A stretch of 64,000 nucleotides of DNA from Eledone cirrhosa (GCA_964016885.1 OZ024743.1:163246001-163310000); one strand, 5' to 3'; counted from the first letter of the stretch, positions 26,022-39,221 are shown. Notes: generated by a model from the letters alone, not told the origin. Translations and numbers: made by a program.

Positions 26022-26545
26022 ATGTTCAAATCCCGCCGAGGTTGACTTTGCCTTTCATCCTTACGGGGTCGATCGAATAAAGTACCAGTAATGCACTGGG
26101 TAATTGCTGGCCTTGTGCCTAAAGTAGAAACAATTATTACCGATACTGCCATGCTTTGACGCATAGAGTTACGGCCTTTGCCATTCTGAGTTCAAATCCC
26201 GTCGAAGTTAACTTTGCCTTTCATCCTAACGGGGGTCGATAAAATAAAGTACCAGTAATACACTGGGATAATTGCTGGCCTTTTGCCTATTGTAGAAACA
26301 ATTATTACCGATACTGCCAATCCACCGTAATAACTGTTTCTACAATAGGCACAAGGCCAGCAATAATCCCAGTGTATTACTGGTACTTTATTTTATCGAC
26401 CCTCGTTAGGATGAAAGGCAAAGTTAACCTCAAATCCCGTCGAGGTTAAATTTGCCTTTCATCCTTACGAGGTCGATAAAATAAAGTACCAGTAATGCAC
26501 TGAGTAATTGCTGGCCTTGTGCCAAAAGTAGAAACAATTATTACT
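26022..26545. mobile_element. Cluster of family-2 SINE copies: three forward, one inverted
   Basis: Repeated caaatcccg.cgaggttaactttgcctttcatccttacggggtcgataaaataaagtaccag; inverted copy at ~26328-26432. Confidence 0.85.
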
Positions 26546-27102
26546 TTTTAAACTGTTAAAATACAATTTTTAAAAATTTCAACCTAAATTCGAAAAGTGG
26601 TATTTATACATATTAGTATAGCATAAAGCTAAAATATAGATAATTAAAAATATACTTTAAATAGTTGTACTTCCTTCTTCAGTCAATAAATGGAACAATG
26701 TTATCAATAAGAAATATACGTTTCGTGTGTATCTTTTCTTTTGCAATGTTTTCATTCTTTTATTGTTTCTCACTTTGACAGTACAAATTATTTACAATTC
26801 TGAATATTCATTTTATTAAGGCATGACGGTCAACATAATATTACATATAAAAAGAAAAAAAGAAAGAAAAGGGGAAGGAAAAAATAAAACACACACACAC
26901 ACAAGCAGGTAATACACACATCTAGGACCACATACAACAAAAGGCAGGCGAAAGGGGTGGACAAACGAACCGCTGCCAGAGCAAAGATAATATCGTGAGG
27001 AGCACTGGGAAACCTCTCTAATAATTTTTGAGACAAGCCAGCACGCTCGCAGCGTTACATCGGGTGATGACGAGGCTGATGCGCTGGAACAGCCAAGCGC
27101 CC

Positions 27103-27626
27103 TGTAGTGGCCTACATTCTGATGGTTCTTGAATACATTCTCCGTGCGTTGTTTGGCTCAGTTCAGCCAATCGTTACAAGCGTAGGGAGATGTATTTCAA
27201 CTTCCGCCGAAAGGGAAGAATTCCCGCTTCCCTTCAAAAATCTCTCTCTTTGCATCTCGTCACCAGAAGGTAAACATCTCTTGATTTTGCTCCTCAAATA
27301 TTCCAAAATGTAACTACTGGAATTCTTCGCGCCGTGACTTCTAACTTCAGCCATCGGTCTGCGTATTCTTTTACAGCATCTTAATTTGTTTTGTTTCATT
27401 TCTTATGACATGTCCTCACAGCTAACTCAACTTCTCATCTTTGTAAATAAATTATATATAAAAAAAAACGTCGTAATGCCTTATGATGATATTTTCCACA
27501 ACATTCCTTTTAACTGCTTCAACGGTGATTTCTGTGATACAATACATTCATTCTCAACACAATATATATCCATATATCCCTCTCCATCTATAACTATCAA
27601 CACCTTCTCTATCACTTATTTCTAAA
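27103..27626. mobile_element. Solo LTR with 4-bp TSD GCCC
   Basis: TGTAG...CTAAA termini (degenerate CTACA); GCCC at 27099-27102 and 27627-27630; removing it restores the CRE sequence. Confidence 0.78.
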
Positions 27627-28331
27627 GCCCTCACGAACATCACCAGTTACCTCGGTTAGGCGAGCCGCAGCGGCCCGACTCCCCAAAACGTCTGGAACTC
27701 CACAGGCTGGAAAATGTAGTTAACCGACATGGTATTTCAGGATTTTGTTCCGTTCGGGTGCGGAAGCTGTAACTCTCGTCACAACCGCAGCGTCTAGGAT
27801 GTGGGAAGAAGCAAATGAGTCACTACTGTGATGTCCCAGATAAGACACCTGCCTCTTATCCAGGGGCACATGGTAAGACCCTCAGGTCTTTCTCATCAAC
27901 TCTGGACAACCCAGACGGTTCCAAAATTGAGGGGATGTTTGCCCGGACCAAAGCTCTCTTGACGATAAGGTTTAGCTCAGTGTGACGCGCGAAGCGACCG
28001 GCATTCAAGCGGCAAGATAGACCGTGAAGGCCTGTGGAGTCGAGGATCTTGCAACACCGACATTTCAGACCTGTACAGATGTCGGCTCCCACTCTGAGGG
28101 CGATGGAGACACGAAGCTTGTTCAAGCTGAGTAGGCCACCAACGTTAGCCACGGGTAGGACATTAATCCAGTCACCTGAGTATTTGATGATAGCAGACAG
28201 TAAGAGGCGCCTTGAAAACTGATCCGACTGGTCGAAGAGAGAGTCAAAGGTGGTCTTCGAATGTATGCTGCTCAAGCTCTATGACTCTGTTTGTCCTCCA
28301 TCTTGTCAGGAACAGACAAGCCCAACTCTCT

Positions 28332-28832
28332 TGTAGTAAGCAAAGGCACTACTTATCTTGGCGGAACAATTGGGTTACGCTTTGTCAGTCACCAGGCCGG
28401 TAAGTCGGTGGCATAGAAATACCGAGCAGTGACTTTCGCCCAGCTAGAAAATTCGCGCCTCTTTTGACTTCTATTACAGTTCCAGCTTCATTTTCGTAGA
28501 GACAAGACGTTACTAAATCTGTTCCCTGGAACAACTGGCAAGATGTAGAACTTACCAAGAAACTTTGACCCTGTCGGCAAGGGCCCAACAACTAGTTCAA
28601 CTTAATCATGTGGCATGCCAGCAGCTTTTTACTCTTTTAGTAATTGTAATAATTTACGGAGAAAAATAAACTTGTTATATTTCCTCGCTGTGCTTTCCTC
28701 TCTAATCCTTCAACATGGACTACCAACATTAAACACGCAGCCTTATAACCTAATCTTCCTTAAGGATCCTTCTCGCAACCAAAAATAATATTTTAAAGGA
28801 CTTTTCTGCTAAAGTGGTGACCCCGACGTGAT
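28332..28832 (+). mobile_element. LTR with perfect tRNA-Trp PBS (TGGTGACCCCGACGTGAT, 28815-28832)
   Basis: TGTAG start; AATAAA near 28665; PBS complementary to the tRNA-Trp 3' end, as in CsRn1-like elements. Confidence 0.8.
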
Positions 28833-28999
28833 ATGGGAAAATCATCTTCATATTAATATCACTTCACACCACAAGTGAGCACAACTTTTGTTTCTGTGAA
28901 TATGGCATAGCTTCTCTCGACTCACTGAGGCCTCACCCGTCAACTTTACATAACCAACCAAATGTTTACCTACTAAAGTGATGACCCCAAAGAACTTTT

Positions 29000-29697
29000 C
29001 TGCTAAACTCTCATAGAAGAGCTTTTTAGCAATAAGAGTATATGCTATTAAATTGTAGTAAGAAAAGAATGTTTGTTGTAGTAGTAGATGTAACGTTATT
29101 GAAGTTGAAGTAGAAATTGAAGTTATTGTTTGGTTGTCGGTTGTCGCCACGAAAGGAGATGAATCTGTAACATGTAGGCAAGTGAGTGACTTGTTGGCAA
29201 GTGAGTTAGCGAAGTCAAACATTATACTCACGTGTTGTGGTGATATTACCTTGGGAAAAAGGATTTTCCCATATCACATTTGATATATATTTTTAGTGTG
29301 TGTGCAGATTCATTGGTGGCAGAAATATCAGAAGGCTTTTAACATTTTTACAATGGTTTATTTACAACCGTACAAGATTACGATAATTGTTGCCGGCATG
29401 CCGCAAAAGTAAATGGACAAAAATAAGTGTTTGATGAAAGAAATTGGTCCCTTGCCGATAGAGCCAAATGTTTCTTTTTTTACCGTTACATCTTGTTAGT
29501 TTTGACACGGGCTAGCATGAGGGTCTTGAATTGACGAAGTGAAAGCAGCAACTACAGTAAAATCAATAATAGAAGCGCGAATTTCTTCTAGCTGGACGGA
29601 AGTTGTTTATATTCATGTGCGACTTACATGTTTGGGCAACCTAACCAAATCGGGTATGAAAGATTGTTGTTGCGAGATATGAAGTAATGCTGCTACA
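29000..29697 (-). mobile_element. Diverged relative of the 28332 LTR plus leader, in opposite orientation
   Basis: Minus strand begins TGTAGCAGC; shares ccagctagaa..aattcgcgc, tcggcaaggg, ggcatgcc and gtgatatgggaaaatc with the forward copy. Confidence 0.7.
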
Positions 29698-30075
29698 GCT
29701 TCATCCATCTCCCTGTTGGAACTAGTCCATATTGGAAAAGAGAGGATGCTGCTCACCAGGGTGGAGCAAGCGTGAGTGGAGGAAAGGATGCAAGGGAGAG
29801 AGAGGGGCGAGCATTTACGGAGACCAAGACCTTCAAATCGTCTGGGAAACGCAGCCTGACCTCGGGACTCTGGAGAGAGTCTGGCATTGACCAAGCACTC
29901 GAATCTCTCGAAGATTAGGTCGTCAAAGCGTTAGAGACATGACGAAAATCTGTGAGATGGGATAACCCTGAGCATATATAGAAGCTTAGGAATCGAAAGG
30001 TAGTTCCTCTTTCTTTATAAGTCTTACAGGATGAAAATATACATACAGATAAGATATACAATACTTAATTACATA

Positions 30076-30335
30076 AGTGTTGTTTCCTTGAGCAAGACAC
30101 TTTATTTCACATTGCTCCAGTTTACTCAGCTGTAGAAATGAGATGATAAGGACTGGGGTCCCTATCATTCCACTGCAAAGTGGTCGTGGAGGTGCCACGG
30201 CAAAAAAGCACCCAGCACTCACTGTAAATGAGGTTGGTGTTAGGAAGGGCATCCAGCTGTAGAAATCAAGCCAGAATCAGTTCCCGTCCCACCCTTGCAA
30301 GCAGGGAAAAGCGGACGTAAAATGAAGATGATGAT
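30076..30335 (+). mobile_element. 5'-truncated family-1 SINE
   Basis: Near-identical reverse complement of 1745-2001. Confidence 0.85.
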
Positions 30336-30392
30336 TTCATATAAAAATATAAAATCAAAACGAAAGAAAATATTAATTCAACACTAAGTAAT

Positions 30393-30575
30393 TGTTTCTA
30401 CTTTAGGCACAAGGCCAGCAACTAGCCAGTGCATTACTGGTACTTTATTTTATCGACCCCGTAAGGATGAAAGGCAAAGTCACCTCGGCGGGATTTGAAC
30501 TCAGATCGTAAAGGGACGTAACTATGCTGGAAAGCATGGCGTCTGACCCTCTACCGATACTGCCAATCCACCGCC
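30393..30575 (-). mobile_element. Full-length family-2 SINE with 16-bp TSD
   Basis: TTCAACACTAAGTAAT at 30377-30392 and 30576-30591; tRNA-like head ggcggtggattggcag. Confidence 0.9.
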
Positions 30576-30599
30576 TTCAACACTAAGTAATGTGTAACA

Positions 30600-30676
30600 A
30601 TCAGCCACACACCACAAGGGGCGCTGGAATCCCCACCTAATACTTTTTGAGGCAAGCCAACACACTCACGGCATTT
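30600..30676 (-). mobile_element. Short 3'-end fragment of a CRE-like element
   Basis: Matches gtgttggcttgcctcaaaaa at the ORF end of the other copies. Confidence 0.55.
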
Positions 30677-31240
30677 GTATATGAACAAGGCAAACCCAGT
30701 TGATTCTCCTTTGGAGAATGCTTTTGTACTTGGTGATAGATAGATAAGAATGCACAGAGACAGAAAGACTAATACATAGATACAACTAAATCTTTGTGTG
30801 TGTGTGCGTGTTTTGTAGAAGCTAAGGTATTATTTGGCTGTCATTTCTAGCAAGACAGGTTTCTACAACAAAGCTCTTTGCTCCGTGTACGACAGTCAGG
30901 CACACAGACAGATAAAGGGTCAACCGCAAACACTCTAACTGTAATGATTGCGGCGTTATACTTCTCTGTCTATCTAATCTCTTTCTGTAACTCTCTCACT
31001 ATCTCTCTCTTGTTGGCTTCCCTACTTTACCATGTTGTCGTCTGTCTCTTTTTATACATTACACCCATCTCCACCGCTCTCTATGTATATATATATATAT
31101 ATATATATATTTAATTAGAAAGTGAACCTTTGGTAATAGAGTAGTTATATTTTGTGTTGTTCACTTTCTAATTAAAAAGCTCAGTTCTATACATAGAGGA
31201 CTCTTTTTTCCTTTGCTTTTCCTTTGGAATTACCTAACAC

Positions 31241-31329
<89 letters not shown>

Positions 31330-31435
31330 ACAAAGAGGGTGTGGTAAGATACCAAATGGACCATAACACACCAGAGTACTAAAAACTTAGGGTAGTAGAG
31401 TGGGTAATAGGAAAAGAATCAGCCCTGACTCTTTT

Positions 31436-31470
<35 letters not shown>

Positions 31471-31689
31471 AGAGTCTTTTCCTATATATATATATGTATA
31501 TATCTCCTTATAATATATAACCAGCAATTTCTCTGTCTGTCCGACGCGTAGAGAGAGAGTGAGAGTGAAAGAAAGAGACAGACTACAAGAGGGGGATAGC
31601 GGGAGGAAGAGAGAGAGAGACGCTGGAAGAGGGGAAGGAAAGCTATGTCTTGCTGTCTGCATTACGATACATATATATATACACACACA

Positions 31690-31990
31690 CACTGAGCGCG
31701 TCATAATGACGTAATGCAGACAGACAGACAGACATACAGACAGATATTATAAGGGCGCAACGTTATATCTATGTATCTATCTAAAAAGAAAGACTAAGAA
31801 TTATATAGAGAGAACGCTAAATCGCCTAATGCGGTCCCTAGGGCATTGAAAATTTGAAATAATTTTTGCTCAAAACACTCACAGGACCATAAGTATTACA
31901 TGTCTAAAGTTTGAAAACAATCGGTTGGATGGTTCTCAAGTTTTAGTGAGCTGACAGACAGACAGACATTCTCTGTTTTAGATATATAGA
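31690..31990 (-). mobile_element. Helitron-type 5' end fragment
   Basis: Minus strand reads TCTATATATCTAAAACAGAGAATGTCTGTCTGTC, the same pattern as the other Helitron 5' ends here. Confidence 0.5.
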
Positions 31991-32858
31991 CTAGCAGAAA
32001 ACCACCCGGTGGGCGGTTTTCTGCTAGCAAATCTAGTGTATATACTGATATTGTTGAGATTTGGATGAGAAATGTTTTCGGCACCACATTTTCACCGTCT
32101 CTCGGTGTGTCTTTTATGCACGTATAAATATATATGTTATCTATACGGTGAAATCTTTGAAATAAATATATGTTAAAACGAAAAAGGAGAAAATAAATAA
32201 CTGGCGGTTAGAAAAAATATTCCTATGAAATTTTAATCATACCATTAGGTGTGAATAAGGAAATATTTTTTTATTGTCAAAACAAATGTTCAAAAGTTAA
32301 ACTTCAATTTTTTGAATTATTTCCAATTTTTTCATGAAATTGAACACTGGACATTGGCTGCTGGAAATAGAAATTAAATCGTATTTAATTGTATTTAAAT
32401 TTCTAACCTTATTTTATTATTTATATTTTTTTAATAAGAAATAAAAAAAAACAACCAAAAAAATTGAAGAAAAAAATTGAACAAATCAAACGTAGGTTAT
32501 GGAACAGCGCAATCTGATTAATAAATTACCTCATCAGCAGCAACCTTCTTCAAATGGTCCTTATTATCAGCAGCAACAACCACAAATTCAATGGCAACCT
32601 TCTTTAAACCACAAATTCAATGGCAACCTTCTTCGCATGGTGTCAAGTCAGAACCGCCTCGAACTGGTTACTTCTGGCTTGTGCAAGGTGTCTCTATAGC
32701 AACCAGCGATTCCCTCGGCCTCAGTGACCAAAGTCAGTGGAGAGGGGAAGGTAATGTTTATATAAAGGAAGGGGAAGGTAATATTTCTGTAGCACGTGTT
32801 TTAGCGTCTATTCACTCTCTCTCTCCCTCTCTCCCTCCCGCTATCCCCCTCTCGTCTC

Positions 32859-35800
32859 TCTATATATAAAACGGTAGATGTCGGTCTGTGTGTGTGTATG
32901 ATTTTTATGCATTTCCACATTTCTCTACCGATTTTGATGATTTTTCCCCCCAATGTGCTCCAAATTTACCAGGGCAGGTCAACGCGTAATCACTTTTGCC
33001 CAAAATTTCCTGCTTCTATGAAAAAAAATCGATAAAACTAAATACATGTTGTAACCCTCTCTCTTACACGCTTCATTCCTCTCAATACCCTCAATCTCCT
33101 CCGCAACTCTCTTTAAAAGGTTACTGCCTCCGTCTCTGAAGGAACGCGACACAAACTTTGATAACCCTCTCTCTTACACGCTTCATTCCTCTCACTACCC
33201 TCAATCTCCTCTGCAACTCTCTTTAAAAGGTTACTGCCTCCGTCTCCATTACAGTTTAGAACAACGACAAATCTTCACCCTTTTCGTTCGTCATACATCA
33301 AATATCAAAATTTAATAAGCCGATAACACTAAATACATACTGCTCTCTCAACGTTACATTTTACATCAAATAACAAATATTCAAAAGCAACAGATGAATT
33401 TATAAAACAACAAACGTAACAATAACGACGCTTAAGCGTTCATTTACTTGAATCTCAACAAAGACATTATATTTTATTGTTGTCCTTTTTGTAATTTTTC
33501 TTTCTTTGTTTTTCTCAATATGAGACAAAAAATTAATGAGAAAACTTTTTTAACGAACGTCCGATTTCGATGATTTATTTTCCAGTGTGCCCCAAAATAA
33601 CGCCCCTGTTTACGCTCTTTTGTGCTATAACTCAGACAGGCTTGGCTTACAGGTTTGACCTATTATTTGACGTGCATTCTTCATAGATCTTACTTAGTAC
33701 TCATTTTCTACTTACCGTTCAATTGAAAGTTTTGGCTACTCCTCCTTTCATACTCCATTACCTGCATAAATATTTACGTGTTCGGTCCTGCCGAACAATA
33801 TAGTACTCAGTTTAAACTAATTCAAAGTTCATTTGAAAATTTTCGCTACCAAACACATTCTTTGAATCTACGGTCATGCCACCCCAAAAAAGACCACGAC
33901 TTAGTCGCCAAACTAAAGTTGCTTCTGCTGCCAAATGAAGAAGAGCTACAGAGTTGTCCGTAGAAAAATTGACTCGGTTGTCACAAAATGCAACTCAAAA
34001 TGCAATTACCCAGGCAACCGAGACAGAAAAAAAGAGGAGCATCCGCCTTTCCGGAAATGCATTTGTAACTGCAGTTGCACGTGCAGCGCAAACTGCTGAA
34101 CAACATTCTCGACGACGAAGCAAAAATGTAGCCTCCACCGCTGCAGCACGTGACGGTGAGGACGAAGAACACCGTTACAGTCGACGACGAAGAAATGCCG
34201 CCTCAACTACTTCGTCACGTGCTGCTGAGGACGAAGGGCAGCGTTCCAGATGTCAACGTACGGACGCCGCTTCAACAGCTTCCGTTCGCGCATCAGAGAC
34301 TGCGCAAATTCAATTACAAAGGCTAAACGCCAATGCACTCCGCAGGAGTGCTAAACGAGGTACACAGAGGATCAGTTGCACTCAGTGGTCTCATAAGGCT
34401 TTCCACTATAACCCAACAGTAAACTATGCACTGATGCCAGAAGTTCAGATTGGATCCATGTCTGTCATTTGCCAATATTGTCGGGCAAAAAAATGGCCTG
34501 GGGAGACTTCAGGGATGTGCTGCTCTGACGGCAAAGTGAAACTGCCTCCTCTCTACAGGAACCACCACAACCTTTGAAGTCTTTACTGACCGGTGCCACA
34601 GCGGAGTCGGAACACTTCCTTCAATGTTCCAGGAGATACAACGCTGCCTTCCAAATGACCTCTTTCGGAGCTAACATCATACGCGAGGACGGCTTCATGC
34701 CTACCTTTAAAGTTCAAGGACAAATTTACCACAGAATCGGTTCGCTACTGCCCACGACAGACGGACAGCCCCAGTTCCTACAGCTATACTTTGTCACTGA
34801 CTATTTGGACCAAGCGGAACGACGCGCTTCAATTTCGCCTGGCACAGGCATGAAAATTCTGTTGCAACTCCAGAGAATGCTGCACGAAAACAACAACTAC
34901 ATTCGCAGTTTTAAATGTGCATTGGAGGCTTCTCCGTTGCCAAATTTTGCTGTTATAACCGACGCTGACAGGAAACCACCAGTCACCCACGCCAGACGTT
35001 TTAACACTCCCACGTGCAATGAAATAGCTGTGCTTCTTCATGGAGAACAGTACAACAAGCGGGACATCACACTTCAGTGTAGGGACAATAGTCTGCAACG
35101 CATCAGCGAGACGCATAGGTCCTACGACGCATTCCAATATCCCATACTTTTCCCATTCGGTGACGACGGATACCACTTTGGAATTCCTTTGTGCAACAGC
35201 AACAAAAATGTTTCCTGTATGCAGTTCTACACCTACCGATTCATGGTCCGCGAATGCTGCTTTAACCAACTCCACCGTGCAAGAGTACTCTTCAACCAGC
35301 TTGCTGTAGACGCGTGCGCAAAGATGGAATCTGAAAGGCTGTGCTACATAAGGAACAATCAAGCACGCCTTCGTTCGGACAGCTACATTCACTTACGGGA
35401 TGGAGTACGGAATGACGTCGATCCCTAGAACCTAGGAAAACATTGTATCCTTCCGTCGACCTTCATTGGGAGTCCCCGATACATGAGTGAACGCACACAG
35501 GATGCTATGACGTACGTGCGTCTCTACGGCAGACCGGATCTCTTCATCACTTCAACATGCAACCCTAAGTGGAATGAAATTACCGCGGAATTATTCCCCG
35601 GACAAAGGGCGTCAGACAGACACGATCTTACGGCACGAGTCTTTCACTTGAAGTTGACAAAACTTATTGAACTCCTAAAATCAGGTAAGGCCTTTGGACC
35701 TGTTAGGTGCTACGTATACACTGTTGAGTGGCAAAAGAGAGGCCTGCCACACGCTCACCTACTCATTTGGCTGATAACGAAAATCAACGCAAGCAGCATT

Positions 35801-38653
35801 GACAGCATCATTTCAGCAGAAATACCCGACCCAAAATTGGACAGAGAACTCCACAACATCGTCACTGCTCACATGGTTCATGGGCCATGCGGAAACGGTT
35901 TCAACATGAATTCTCCATGCATTAAAGAAAGAAGGTGCACAAAGAGGTATCCTAGGCCATTCCTCCGAGAAACTCGGACTGGTGGTGACGGTTATCCATT
36001 ATACCGCCGCAGGACTCCTGCGGACGGAGGAATTGTTGCGAAAACACCACATCACAACATCGACAACCGGTGGATTGTACCCTACTGCCCACTTCTGCTT
36101 AAATTGTTTAACGCCCACATTAACGTTGAATACTGCCACTCGTCAAATCGATAAAGTACGTCTGCAAGTATATCAATAAGGGATTCGATGCTGCGTCCTT
36201 TGGTCTTACAATGGAGAACAACCGAGACGAAGTAACTCGATACCAGGTTGGCCAATACATCAGCAGCAATGAAGCGTTCTGCCGATTCTTCCACTTTGCA
36301 ATACACCATAACTACCCCCCAATCAAACAGTTGGCGGTGTACCTTGAAAACGGTCAAAGAGTCTACTTCACCGCCTCCACCGCTGCTGAAATAGCAGAGG
36401 AACCCAAGGACACCGCACTTACGGCATTTTTTAAGTTATGCCGAAACAATCCCTTCGCCAAGACCCTCTTCTACTCTCAGGTGCCATCATACTACATATG
36501 GAACACAGACAACAGGATTTGGTTAAGAAGGGTGAAAGGACAACCCGTCGAGGGACATCCAGACATTAAAATGTCCCCTACCCTTGGGAGAGTGTAGACC
36601 ATTCATCCTAACCAAGAGGAATGCTTTTATCTCCGCCTTCTACTGCATGAGGTGGTAGGAATGACATCTTTCGACGATCTGAAAACAATCAACGGAGAGC
36701 TTTGTACTTCATTCCGCGCAGCCTGCCTTAGATGGGGTCTACTGGAAGATGGCGCTCAGTGGGATGCGACATTGGCGGAGGCAGCTACAATACGCTCAGC
36801 GGTGCTACTGTAGACATGCGAGTTAAGTGACACTGCATCCTTATGGGACAAATACAAAGAGGACCTTTCCGATGACTACATACACCAAGAACAACTGCTA
36901 CTCCCTCATTCCGACGTACGACTCAGCGACGAATTCTTCAACAAAGCTCTCATTGACATCGAGGACAAAATCCTAACTGCCGGCGGAAATGACTTTCCAT
37001 TCTATGGACTGCCTAAAATTCAGCGAACGGGCTCCGACAAACTTCCGACGGGCATAATTCAGGAATCTGCCTACGACGTCCACGCCCTCGAACTGTTCAT
37101 CAACGAAAACGAGCCGAAATTGTTGCAGGACCAACGGCAGGCGTATGACACAGTTTGCACTTCCATTCGTCAACGCAGAGGAGGTATCTTCTTTTTGGAC
37201 GCCCCAGGAGGAACTGGTAAAACATTCGTCAATAAACTCCTCCTCGCCAAAGTGCGACAGCAGAAAGGAATCGCCCTGGCTGTGGCTTCTTCTGGCATTG
37301 CCGCAACTCTGCTGCCCGGAGGTTGGACAGCTCATTCCGCATTTAAACTGCCATTCAACGCAACTTCAGACGACACAATAACCTGCAACATCACCAAAGG
37401 CTCTGACAAAGCTGAAGTCTTGAAAATATGCCACCTAATTGTGTGGGACGAATGCACAATGGCCGATAACGGGTCCCTTGAGGCGTTAGACAGGACCCTA
37501 CGAGACATCAGAGAATGCAACCGGCCGATGGGAGGGGTACCTCTACTGCTGTCTGGCGATTTTCGACAAACTCTTCCAATTGTTCCAAAAGCCACCAGGG
37601 CCGACACTGTGGGGGCTTGCATTAAGTCATCTTCCCTGTGGCAGGAAGTGACAATCCTGACCCTCACAACAAACATGAGAGCCCAACTGCTCGGCGATCA
37701 CTCAGCAGCCGACTTCTCAAAGGATCTCTTAACATTTGGTGACGGCACTGCACCTTCAGATGCAGCTAGAGAAGTAACAGTCTCGCAAGTAGGCACCGTT
37801 GTCGACACTGTTGACGACCTCACAGCATCTGTCTTTCGCGATATGGCGACCAACTACAAAAACACGAGTTGGCTATGCGATAGAGCCATATTGGCTCCCA
37901 AAAATGTCTCAGTTGCAAAAATCAATGAGGACCTTCTGCAAAGCATTCCTGGAAACCTCCATACCTACAAATCTGTGGACAAAGATGAGGTTGACGATTT
38001 TCCAACAGAATTCCTCAATTCCTTGGACCTCTCTGGACTGCCACCCCATAAACTGCGCGTCAAAGTTGGGACTCCAGTGATGCTGTTGAGGAACCTGGAA
38101 CCACCACGTTTCTGCAACGGAACACGGTTAGTGGTAAGAAACCTCCTGCCGCATGTAATTGAAGCCACAATTCTCACGGGCTGCGGCGCTACAGAAAACG
38201 TCTTCATAGCCAGAATACCATTAACTCCATCAGGCACGGAATGCCCCTGTACTCTGCGCCGACTTCAATTCCCCGTTAAACTTTGCTTCGCGATGTCAAT
38301 CAACAAGTCCCAAGGCCAAACACTATCAACGGCAGGCCTGCATTTAGCCCAGCCGTGCTTCTCACACGGCCAATTATACGTCGCATGCTCAAGAGTGGGA
38401 TGCAAGCAGAACTTATTCATACTTGCGCCCAAAGGCAGAACAAAAAATGTGGTCTACATAGAGGTGTTGTGACTCCTCTATTCAGCACCACTGCAGTCTT
38501 GCCGGTCTGGCATATAGTGAGTAGATGCTATTGTTGTATATTTTCAAACTTACCCCTATTTACTTTCAATGCCTCAATATTCATAATTGAGTGGAATCAT
38601 TAAAAGTACTTTAAAGCAATTAACCTCCAAGCAACGCCGGGCACTTCTGCTAG
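32859..38653 (+). mobile_element. Near full-length Helitron with disrupted Rep/PIF1 helicase ORF (~33880-38472)
   Basis: TCTATATATAAAAC 5' end; CQYC...CCSDG zinc finger; PDLFIT, EWQKRGLPHAH (HUH), KYVCKYINKG (Y2), DAPGGTGKT, WDEC, GDFRQ, INKSQGQT; ends CTAG|T; stops and frameshifts. Confidence 0.95.
33052..33246 (+). repeat. ~85-bp direct repeat (period 110) in the Helitron leader
   Basis: taaccctctctcttacacgc...ctgcctccgtctc at 33052 and 33162. Confidence 0.9.
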
Positions 38654-38655
38654 TA

Positions 38656-39221
38656 TCTATATATATAAAGCTGAGGATGTGTGTGTTAAGGTTTGTAACG
38701 TATGCACGTCCACAATTTCCAACGGATTCTATTCAAAGTCAGGACAATTATTTTCCAGCATAGTTACGTCCCTTTACGATCTGAGTTCAAATCCCGCCGA
38801 GGTTAACTTTGCCTTTCATCCGTACGGGGTCGATAAAATAAAGTACCAGTAATGCACTGGGTAATTGCTGGCCTTGTGCCTAAAGTAGAAACAATTATTG
38901 CTTTTAGTCAGGAAAAGGTCATGAAGCAAATAAATTTCAAATCCATCAACAATAAGGGCAAAATTCGATCATGATCATTCCCCCTCTCTATAATTTAACT
39001 GCTTTACTCTCTCTGTCGCTCTTCACTCCCTATATGACAACACTGCAGAGAGAAAAACAATGTTTTTGATCAAATGGAGCGTTCCGTATATTCCCTCTCT
39101 CTATAATTTAACTGCTTTACTCTCTCTGTCGCTCTTCACTCCCTATATGACAACACTGCAGTGGAGCGTTCCGTATTGACATACGGCTTATCTGGGGCAT
39201 TTTCAATCGGCTTATTGCAAA
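38656..39221 (+). mobile_element. Helitron 5' fragment containing a SINE (~38752-38898); inverted counterpart of 41318-41778
   Basis: TCTATATATATAAAGCTGAGG start; SINE flanked by acaattatt and absent from the mirror copy. Confidence 0.8.

Larger units (their letters stand above)
26830..29985 (-). mobile_element. Third CRE-like element, split into 26830-27102, 27627-28331 and 29698-29985 by LTR insertions
   Basis: The pieces are colinear with the copy at 24594-25960 across both junctions. Confidence 0.82.

Noticed and set aside
27163-27399. 78-aa ORF or promoter-like first exon (CCAAT, ACTTCCG)
   Set aside because: Lies within a TSD-flanked solo LTR.
32499-32699. Gln-rich ORF as a host exon
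   Set aside because: Short local duplications, no recognisable homology and no partner exons.
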